DNA of 64,000 nucleotides from a virus. The position numbers and the translations under genes were made by a program. The notes below the pieces were generated by a model. That model was given only the letters and a program-made list of their open reading frames with translations. It made no database searches and was not told the DNA's origin. The stretch is taken from positions 1 through 64,000 of IMG/VR virus record IMGVR_UViG_3300023184_000034, one strand, 5' to 3'. Positions 46,201 to 58,200 of this stretch are shown here, in pieces (positions within the stretch are counted from its first letter, which is position 1; each line of letters starts with the position of its first letter).

Positions 46201-49200
46201 GCATGTGGCCTGCCTTTGCGCCTAAAAAATATCTAGATACAACATTGGTTAACCCTCAACTGGTTATTCAAGGTCACGACGGCAGCATTGTTTTGGCATA
46301 TAACGATTATAGAGATGATTTAATATTAGAACTTGAAAAACGAATTTTTAACAACATCAAGGTAAAATACAATACTGATATTTTTGATATTTCAAAAATA
46401 ATCCCCAGCTACAATAGAAAATCAGATTACTCAAGAACTGAATTTAATAGTGTACTGGCTCCTAATTTTTATAAATGGACTGGCTTGGTAGGAAAAGATT
46501 TAACCACTCCGCTAAACTACGACAGAACAAATGGTTTTACTTACAACTATGCATTGTCTGGAGCACCTGACAAAACTCCTATACCTGCATATTGGAGGGG
46601 AATTTATAGATATATCTTGGATACTGACAGGCCACACTTGTGTCCTTGGGAAATGCTGGGATTTGCAATAGAACCCAAGTGGTGGACAACTGTGTATGGC
46701 CCTGCTCCATACTCAAGCGACAATCTACCCATGTGGCAAGATATTGCTGACGGCGCAGTCAAAGAACCAAATACACCGCCGGTGTATTTTCCAGAGCGTG
46801 CTAAACCATTTTTAATGTCGCATATACCTGTTGACGAATTTGGTAATTTAATTAGCCCATTACAATCAGGCATTGCATCTGGTCTATCACAACCAAGTAT
46901 CAATAACAATTTTGTATTTGGGGATGGGAGCCCAGTAGAATCTGCATGGACTAGAAGTAGTTATTATCCGTTTAGTGTAGTAATAGCCAGCTTGTTGTTA
47001 ACACCAGCTAATACATTTGGTATGTTGTTGGACAGATCGCGTGTTGTTAGAAACATTGCTGGCCAACTGATATATTCAGATACTGGCTTACGAATAAAAC
47101 CGTCAGACGTATTATTACCTAGCACTTACTCCAGTTCTACTCGAGTACAAACTGCAGGCTTAGTTAACTATATTGTTGATTTGATATTTAATTATATTTT
47201 TAGTAATAATGTTGCTGGTTACAATTCTTATTCAACAGACTTGTCAAAGTTAACACCTCTATTAAGTTATCGAGTAGGAGCATACACTAACAAGCCGCAA
47301 TTTAATTTGTTGTTAGAGTCAAAAACTCCGTCCAGTACTGGTAACGTATTTGTACCACCAGATGATTACTCTGTATTTTTAAATAAATCTACTCCTGTTA
47401 AAAAGATAACTTACAGTGGTGTGGTCATTACAAAAGTATCTACCGGATTTGAAATAAAAGGTTATAGTTTATCGCAGCCTTATTTTAAATATTACCAATT
47501 TCTTGGCACTGGCAGCAGAATCACAGTTGGCGGTATTTCTGAAGATTATTCGGCATGGACTCCTGGTGAAAATTATTTGGTTGGCTCCGTTGTGCAGTAT
47601 AATGGTTCTTATTATCGTTCACTACAAAATTCTGTAACCGATGAAACATTTAATACTTTCAATTTTGCAAAACTGCCTGGCCTTCCTATGAACGGCGGCT
47701 CTTCTGCAAATATTAGAAACAAATGGGATAATAATCAAATTTTAGTAGCGCCGTACGGAACATTATTTCCAGACATCCAATCCGTAGTTGATTTTCTGTT
47801 GGGGTACGGCGAATATTTAAAAGATCAGGGTTTCTTGTTCAATGACTATAACACAAATTATAGCACAGTATCTAACTGGTTGTCCAGTGCTAACGAATTT
47901 TTATTCTGGACTACACAAAATTGGAGTACTGGAGTAGACAAGTGGCAAGACTGGCAAGCAAATGAATCATACACGTATGGATCAATTGTAAAGTATGACG
48001 GCGATTTCTACAGTGCTTTATATAATATTCCATTATCAACTGCGTTTGACGCCAGCAAATGGAATATGTTGCCGGGATTAAGCAACATTGGTAGTAGTGT
48101 TATCAGTTTAAGTCCTTCTGCTAACGGCATTAATTTTACTACGACCTTAGCGGTAGTTGACAGCATTGCTAGTCAATTTAACCCTTACGAAATTTTTAAA
48201 GTGGATGGATCGCCGTTTGATCTAACAAGTTTAGACAGTTATCATCAAGATGGCAAAGTTTCTTATATACCAAAATCTACCGAAGGTATATATGGTGCCA
48301 GTTTTTATCTAGTGCAGCACGAGCATGTTGTAGCAGTTAACAACACAACTATTTTTAATGATGTTATATACAGCCCTACTAGCGGTTATCGCAGAGACCG
48401 ACTGAAAGTCAGTGGGTATATTACCACAGGTTGGACAGCTGGTTTAGATATTCCAGGATTTATATTTGACGCTGCTAAGATAGACGAGTGGCAATCTTGG
48501 AAAGATTACAATGTCGGTGACATTGCCAAGTACGGACAATTTTATTTCCAAGCAGAACCCATGACGGGAAATCTAATTCCAGGATCTGAAAAATTCAATT
48601 ACACGCAGTGGACTAAATTACTCAACAAGCCCACAAATCAAATCTTGCCCAACTGGACAACTATTGCATCTCAGTTTACGGATTTTTACAGCGCCGATAT
48701 TGACAGTTTCAATACTGCACAGCAAACAATGGCCCATCACTTGATTGGATATCAAAAACGCCAATATTTAAATAATATTATTCAAGATCCGGTAAGTGAG
48801 TTCAAATTTTACCAAGGCATGATTCGAGAAAAAGGTACACAAAATGTTTTAAATCAGTTATTTGGTGTATTAAATTCTGAAAATAGAGAAAGTCTTACAT
48901 TCTATGAAGAATGGGCTGTTCGAACTGGTCGATACGGCGCAACAAATGCGTTTGAAGAAATTGAATTTATACTAGATGAAAGCAAGTATTTAAATAATCC
49001 TCAAGCCACGGTGCTGGTAAAAAATTTAGATAGTAAGTTAAATCCATTTGTTGTACAACAAACTATTAATGATGTTTATGTAAAACCAATGGGCTATACA
49101 GCAACACCGTTTCCTGTATTCGAACCAACAAAATCGAATCAATTTTTAAGAAGCGCAGGCTATGTAAATTCTGCAGATGTATATGTTGCAGTAAGTTCAA

Positions 49201-52200
49201 CTAATCAACTGTTGGGTCAACCTGCAACCAGTATCACAGTGGGCATATCTTACATAATTAAATCGGTGAATGCTACTACAGATTTTACTCAGATCGGTGC
49301 AACAGAAAATGCTGTTGGATTATCATTTGTTGCCACAGGCGTTGGTTCCGGAACTGCAACAGTTGTGTTGGATCCTAATAAATTAAATGAAGGTTCGTAT
49401 ATTTGGTGTGCGTTTGATCCTGCAGGATGGAATGTTTATCGATACACCGATATTCAAATAAGTGCAACTGGTGCAACATATGCTAATAATTTATTAACAA
49501 TTACAACTGATATTACTCCTAATATACAAGTTGGATCATTCATTGGGCTTTCACAGATTCCCACACTGAGTGGTTTTTATCAAGTAACAAGTGTGATTTT
49601 GAATAAAATCACAGTATCTGCAACAATAGCTGCCTTCCCCAATTTGTCTGCTCTTCAAATTAAAGAAATAATTATATATGCTTTGATTCCACAGCGCACA
49701 GCCTCCATAGATAACATAGATTCTATTCTACCTACAAACTTACAAAAGAATGATTTGGTATGGACAGACAACAGTGGCAACGGCTCTTGGGCCACATGGA
49801 TATACAATCCTGTATTTCAGCAACAGCTTTTATCTAATACAACACCTAGTCCAAATTCACAATTTGGATATGTTACATCAATAAACCAGCAGGGTAACTT
49901 GCTGGCTGTTGGCGCATTAAGCGGCAATGTTGTAATTTATGATAAGGTAGGATTACAGACTCCTTGGATTCGTCGACAAGAAATTCAGTATCCGTTTAGT
50001 GCTCAAGCTGATTTTAATGCACTTACGTTGGTTGCATCTACCATCGCCATAAGTCCCGACGGAACATGGGTAGCCACCGGGTCTCCTAAAGTCAGTCATG
50101 TGTCTACTAAACTGAAACCAAATTGGAGTTTGTCTAATACATATCAAGTTGGTGATATTGTATCGGTGGGAATAGACAAGGCATACCAAGCAACATTGGA
50201 TGTGCCCACAAATATACCTGTAACTAACACATACTATTGGAAAAATATACCTTACATCCCAGTTGACAATTTGGGAACAAATTCTTCATTAATGCAACAA
50301 GGCATGATATCGTTATACAAAAAAGATGCTAATAATCTTTACAATTTAGTTGACAGTATTATTAGCCCGTCCCCTGCTGACGGCCAGTTGTTTGGCGAAA
50401 CACTGGAATTTGGAAATTCAGTATTGTACATTGGCGCTACTGGCACCGGCTGCACTGTTTTTAAATTATCATACACTTCAACACTTAACGTATCCACAGC
50501 ATACGATAATGTTGGCAGTACAGGAACAACTCTAAAAGTAACATCAGCAATTGGAATTTCAGCAGGTATGTATGTACAAAGCTCTGCATTTTTAAATAAC
50601 CAGACGGTTGATTCTGTATTATCTAGAATAGTGTTTCCAGTATCTGTATCTGGAAATGTTACAAATTCATTGGGAATTTTGATAAAAGTTGAAAATATCA
50701 CAGCCACCATGACTGTCACAGGTACGGGTGTAGTGTCGGGCGCTGAGATATATTCTAAAGGAATCACCAGTGATGGAAATGTGTATATTATTGTGTCAGC
50801 ATCACAAAACTTATTGACAAGTATTACGCAAATTCAGTTAGACAATGATCCAACATTGATATTTACAATATCAACTGTGTCTAGCGCAAATACTTTAATA
50901 TTATCCTCAACTCCTACAAGTACACCGATCGGCACATTAAATTTTGTAACAACAGCGTGGGCTTATAAAGATTTTGTAACCACTCCCAATGGAGTTAATT
51001 ATTTTGGCGCTGGTTTATCATTGAGCGATGATAACAGCACATTGGCCGTTTCTTCCAGCGAGTCGGTCTACCTTTTTGCCACATCTTCCAACACACTGAT
51101 TCGCACATACACAGGGTTCACTAATGCAAACAAACTTGCTGTTAGCATTTCTGGAAGCGGAAAATATCTAGCAGTGGGACAGGGATCAACAGGCACAGTC
51201 AATATATATCAAACAGCTGGTTTAACCCCAACTGTTCCAGTACAGACTTTGATAAATCATTTTAATCAAGAAGATCGTGCATTCTTTGGAAGTAAACTGG
51301 CATTTATGACTGATGATACACTGGTGGTGTATAGTCAATCCGGCTCAACGTCAATTGCCACAACCATTGATGCATATTTAGAACCATTATTATCGTATAC
51401 ATATCTAGACGAAAACGGTGTAACACAGGTATCCACATATGTAAATGATCCCGAGTCAGCAGAAAACATTAATCAAACTACATTTGATAATCAGTCTACA
51501 AGATTTGTAACTCCTTTACCAAATGCAGGTCGTGTTGATATATACGATAGGTATGCTACCAAGTGGGTGTACAGTGAAAGTCTTGATAATATTGATACAC
51601 CAGCCAGTGGATACGGCGTGGGATTTGCGGTGGGTAGTAATTCTGTAGTTGTGGGTTTGCCAAGACTAGACAATGGGTCGTTAATGGACACTGGCAAAGC
51701 ATATGTATACAACAAGTTTCCTAATAATTTTACATGGAAAATTTATCGTTCACAAATTCCAGTTGTTAATATTGGTAAAATTAAAAAAGCATTCTTGTAT
51801 GACAAGGTTACCAGTAAGCTGTTGGTACAGTTAGATGTGATTGATCCTAACCAAGGTAAAATTCCAGGACCTGCCGATGCAGAAATCAAGTACAAATCGT
51901 TCTATGATCCTGCAACTTATTTCTACAGTAGTATGGTTTCACCAGGACCAACAGTGAACATTGACACTGGATCTTTCTGGGCATCTCCGCAAGTCGGCCA
52001 ACTATGGTGGGATTTAAGAACTGCCAAATTTATTGATCCGTACTTTGAAGATATTTCTTATAGAAACAATGTTTGGAATAAATTAGCACAAGGCGCCAGC
52101 ATAGATATTTACGAGTGGATATCTTCTAGTTTATTACCAGCAGCGTGGGACACACTGGCCGACACACCTGCTGGACTTGCAAGTGGTATCAGTGGATTGA

Positions 52201-55200
52201 GTCTACATGGCAACAGTGCGTATTCAATTACAAAATCTTATAATAATATAACTAAGAAATTTATCAATACTTACTATTACTGGGTTAAAAACAAAGCAAT
52301 AGTTCCATCTGTGGAAGGTCGTAAATTATCTGCGCAGTCTGTATCTAGTTTAATTTCTAATCCCCGAGGAAATGCGTATACTTATATTGCATTAATTGGT
52401 AAAGATTCTTTTAGTATTGCGAACATAAGTCAATATTTAAACAACACTGACACAGTATTGGCTATAGAATACTGGACCATTGACAAAGTTGATCAGAATG
52501 TTCACTCACAGTGGAAATTGATAAGCAAAGATACAGCAGTTGAAATACCAGATGCTATACAACAAAAATGGGTCGATAGTCTTTGCGGCGCAGACGAAGC
52601 AGGTCGCCCAGTGCCTGATATTAACCTACCACCAAAGTTGAAATACGGTATTGAAAATAGACCTAGACAAAGTATGTTTATTAATAGAACAGAAGCTTTG
52701 AAACAGTTTGTGGAAGCTGTTAATACTATTTTCTTAAAATATCAGATAACAGAAAACTACAACATACAAGATTTAGAATCGTATGATATACAGCCAACAG
52801 AATTGTCTGGAAAATTTGACCTTGTGTTAGATACTGATGCAGAATTGCCATATGCTAACATTAATTTGTTTCAAGCAGCATCTTTAACTCCAGTTATTGT
52901 TGATGGCAGGGTTACTGGAATTAAAATATTTGAAACCGGTAAAGGTTATATAATTCCTCCTTTCATTGATATTGTGGGATCTGGAAAAGGTGCAGTTGCA
53001 AAAGCAATAATTAATTCAGCCGGAAGCATTGTGTCGGCAACTGTTATTTCTTCCGGTGAAGGATACAATCCTGACATCACAGTTTGTGTTGTTAGAAGTT
53101 ATTCTGTTCTAGTAAGGAATGACAGTTTAGCCAGTGGAAATTGGAGCATTTATTCATACGACACAGTCAACAATCTGTGGTCGCGTTCGCTAACACAATC
53201 GTTTGACGTTAGAAATTACTGGTCAAAAATTGATTGGTATGCTACCGGTTATAATCAGTTCAGCTCACCAGATTTTGTAGTTCACACAACATTTGATTTA
53301 AATCTTATCAATGTGTCAATTGGACAATTGGTTAAAGTTTTAAAAGTTAATTCAGGAAGTTGGGTGTTGATAGAAAAGTTTGCTAATCTCAATACAACAG
53401 ATTGGACACAAAATTACACAATTGTTGGAATTCAAAACGGCACAATTCAATTGAACTCTAGCTTGTATCAGACGCAGTTCAGTGCAGTTGGTTATGATTC
53501 CAGCACGTTTGACCAAGGTGCGTTTGACGTTAAAGCCAGCACTGAGTTGAGAATTATACTTAAAACATTAAAAGATAATATTTTCATAGGAACAAACCTT
53601 AAAGGAACATATTTAGATTTATTCTTACGAAGTGTGCGATATGCACACAGCGAGCAATTGTATATTGACTGGATTTTTAAAACAAGTTTTGTTCGTGCTA
53701 CGCATCATGTGGGAAAATTAGATCAACCGGTGTACTATCCTATTGATAATTTAAGTAACTTTGAAGATTATGTGGCTGAAGTTAAACCGTACAGAACTAA
53801 AATACGAGAATATATCAGTCAGTATACATCGCTGGACCCGAGCTATAGTGCGGTGACTGATTTTGATTTGCCATCTGTTGTTAAAAATTCATTTGCACTT
53901 GCAATAAACACAGCGGTGTCTGGCAACATTATCACTGCAGACCAACCAGAAATTCAATCTTATCCATGGAAGTTTTGGTTAGACAATGCTGGGTACAGTG
54001 TTACTGAACTGATTATTGTCAACGGCGGCAGTGGTTATGTTACAACACCGCAAGTTATCATAACCGGCAACAGCGGATCAGGAGCTACCGCAGAAGCATA
54101 TTTTACAAATGGTATTATAAATCGAATTATATTAAAAACATCTGGTAGTGGATACTTGTCAGCACCCACTGTTAGTATTAATAGCGGGCTGTCTATAACA
54201 GGAACTCCTGCTAAGGTTATTGCAATTATTGGAAAAGGTGTTGTGAGATCAAGTTTAATCGGTATGAAATTTGACAGAACCAATAAGAAACAATACATTA
54301 TAAATTTAGATGTGACTGATTCATTTGTTGGAACTGGCTCTAAAAAACAATTTGTTTTAACTTGGGCACCTGACATTAAAGTAGGAAAATCTAGTGTATA
54401 TATCAATGACATTTTGGTATTAAGAGAAACATATACATTAGCAGTAGAAACAAAGATAGTGAATGGTCAAACACAGTATTACGGAACACTGACCTTTATT
54501 GTTTCAGACATAGTTGTTGCACCCTTGATGAATTCCTCTATTGTAATCAAATACATAAAAGATATTTCATTACTAAATGCCGTGGACCGTATTGAATTTT
54601 ACTATAATCCAACTACTGGCATGTTAGGTAAAGAATTATCTCAACTAATGACTGGTGTGGATTATGGTGGAAACATTGTTGGCAATCTTGGATTTGCTTC
54701 TAAGAACGGCTGGGGCGTGACGCCCTATGCACTGGATAAATGGGACACGTACGACAATTCATATACAGACTATGTTACCCAAGTCACCGCTGTCACCCGT
54801 GCATTGCCATATGACGTTGATTTTACCCCGGTAGTCGGTACAAATATCAATGTGTATCACATAAAAAATTATGTAATTTCAGCACCATCGGATGGCGCAA
54901 CCTTGGTATGGCCTTTTAGTTTGTTCATTAATCAGCCAGCTGTGTCTGTAACTACTACTGTGAATTCAAGTAGTCCATCCAATATTAGTTCTACATTAGT
55001 GGGTTATTCTACCAAAATTCAATCTACACTAACATCTACCAACGGCACTGCAGGCCAATCTTCTATTGTGTTTGACGCTGTACCAAATGTTGTGATTGGG
55101 CAGTATGTGAGTGGAACTGGTGTAGTTGCAGGATCTAAAGTTATACAAGTAGCAGGCACTATTGTAATAATTTCCAATAATCTCAACCTTGATGCTGCCG

Positions 55201-58200
55201 GTGATTATAGTTTTTATTTACTAGGCACTGTGTTAACTGTTTCTAGTTTAACAGGTATTGTGGCAGGCATGGGAGTAGCTGGAGCAGGCTTTGTCACACA
55301 ATCTGTTACCAAAACACAAACTGTTGTGGTAAGCGGAGTTACATCACGTTATGTGTATATCACTGCGTCGCCAAATAGTATTCCAACAGTGGGTTCACTG
55401 TTGACATTTGTTACAAATTCAGCAGGTTCAAAAACATTAACAGTGTCCAGTACCGCAAATTTAAAAATTGGCGATGTGGTTACGTCTGCATCACAAAATG
55501 TATTTGGTTATAACACAACAATTGTCAGTATAGAAAATTCAACAAAAATAACACTGAGTCAGATTATCTATTCGACACTGGCCAACAACACTTCTTTATT
55601 GTTCACAAGGGTACTGAGTCAGCCCGCCGAAGTTGCATCCTATGCCAACGGTACTATTTTGTTAAGTGATCCAGTATTGGTTGGAAGTTACATAAACATT
55701 TATGGAAAATTGGATCCTATACGAATTGACGACCCAGCCTACGGAACTACAGTTACTGGCACATGGACTACTCCTAATGCCTACGTTTCTGGCACTGTGG
55801 TTCTTTTCAATAATAAAAAGTATGTTTGTAAAATTGCACATTCTGCATCAGCTCAATTCACAACAGATTTATCATTGGGTAAATGGAGAGAGTATAATGA
55901 TAATGCAGTAATTGTTACTCCTGTGTTAGGCACAACACCTGCTCCTCTAGTGTTAACTACTGTGAGATCAGACGGCAGCAGATCTTACACAATCAATATT
56001 CCCAACACATACGTTGTGAACAATGACGATGTGTTTATTTTACGTCAAAGCACAAGTGATGGAACAATTGTGCCAACTGATTACGATACTGATATATCTG
56101 GCGGCGATTTGGTGTATTCAACTGCTCGAGGCATACTTGCTGACGATATTGTGTTGGACGGTGATGCGTTTGTATCGGAAACAACAAGCCCAGCACCAGA
56201 AGAAGTTGTGCCTGGACAAATCGTAGATACATTGGCAATCAAAGTATTTGACAGACCGTCTTCTGGCTCTGCAAACATTGCAATAGACAACTATATTACT
56301 GACGGTATCACAACTACTTTTGATTTAAGAACTATGCCTGTTAACTCTGGATCTATTATTTTAAAAATAGGCAATACTGTTAAAACTATAAATTCTGATT
56401 ACACAATTGATTATGCAAACAAGCGACTGGTTCTTCCAACAACGCCAATTGCAAAACAAATTTTAACTATCTTTGTTATTGGATTTTCTGGATCAAACAT
56501 ATTGGATCTTGATTATTTTGTCGGAGACGGTATCACTACTGAATTCGTCACAAAATCTCCATGGCTCGATAGCTTTACAGGATTGGTATATGTTAATGGT
56601 GTAGTTGAAAACCCAGTGTTGTTCAAAACAGACGACACTTACGAAATAAACAATTCTGTTGGAATGCGATTTGACATGCCAGTTGCAACAAATGCTCTCA
56701 TAAATTATATCATAGTTGGTGGAGATACTCGTACATTTTCAGTTACAAACTCTGAAATAATTCCAACAACAGGCAGCACCACTTATACATTACAAAATCT
56801 TGTGGGAAGATCTTTACCCAACGAAACCAACATGATTGTACGTGCCAATCAAACTATTTTAAATGCACCTGTTAACTCTTATTTCACTATCAAGAGCAAT
56901 ATATATTCGTACCCGTTGGATGCAAATCGTGTGACGCCGTACACTATTTCAGCGCAGGACGTTATTGTGGTGGCAAACAACGTATTGTTAGTGCCAGGAA
57001 ACGATTACAGTGTTGATTTGGCAGGTGTCACTGTACAACTTACAAGATCTGCTTACAGCAGATATAGAAATACCAAATTAACAATCAGTATAACAACTAA
57101 TGCTGGATATTTTTACAATCCAACCACTAATCAAATAACATTTACACAGGCATATACCAGCTCTGATGTTGTACAAGTGACCAGTTCGTTTAACCACAAC
57201 ACATTAGACGTTGAACGAACCACACTGATGGTCAAGTCTGCTGCAAATTTAACCCCAGAAACTGTACAGTGTTATCAATATCAGTCCATTATTGGCGGAT
57301 TAATCACGCTGGACAGAGCTGTGTTGAATGAAAGTTATGTGTGGGTAATAAAAAATTCTATATTACTAGTACCTGGCGTTGATTACAAATTGTTAGACGA
57401 CCATTTGTCCATCCAACTAACAAATTCTCTTGGTTTAACTGATAAAATTTCGTTGATGACATTTGGTAGCAATGTCATCACAGCAGGAATCTCTTACATG
57501 CAATTTAAGGACATGCTGAATCGCACAATTTACAAGAGATTAAACTTGTCTAAAAGAACAGAACTACTTACAGATTTGCGTTGGAACAGCACCAGTATTG
57601 TGTTGGTTGACGGCAGCAATTTTCAAGAACCTGACACTGTAAGAAATTCACCAGGTGTAATTGAAATTAGAGGTGAGCGTATAGAGTATTTTGCAAAAAC
57701 AGGAAATGTGCTGTCCAAACTGCGCCGAGGCACCGCAGGCACTGGTATATTTGACTTAAACTATGCCGGAACCTTTGTGCAGGACATTGGTTCAGCTGAA
57801 ACTGTTCCTTACAACGACTCTGTACAAACTGTACAGGTGTTGTCTAATGGTACCAACATTGTAAAATTAAGTTTTGCACCAACCAAAGGTAATCAAAACT
57901 CCGTTGATATGAATTACGAACCAACAGGTGTTCGAACTTGGTTCTCTGATGCTGGATACTTGCTGATTGGAACATTTGACCCAGTGTCCAGTTATAAAAT
58001 TAAAGATGTTGTTGTGTACAACAATTCCTACTATCACTGTAGAAAAACAGTGAGTTTGTTATCCAGTAGAATATTTGGAGTAGATTACACACCAGCCAAT
58101 TCCACATATTGGACCTTGTATCCAACCAGTATTCCAGTTGGATATGGACAGACAGACCAAATTGAGGTATTTGTGGGCGGGTATGATGATATCACAGTGT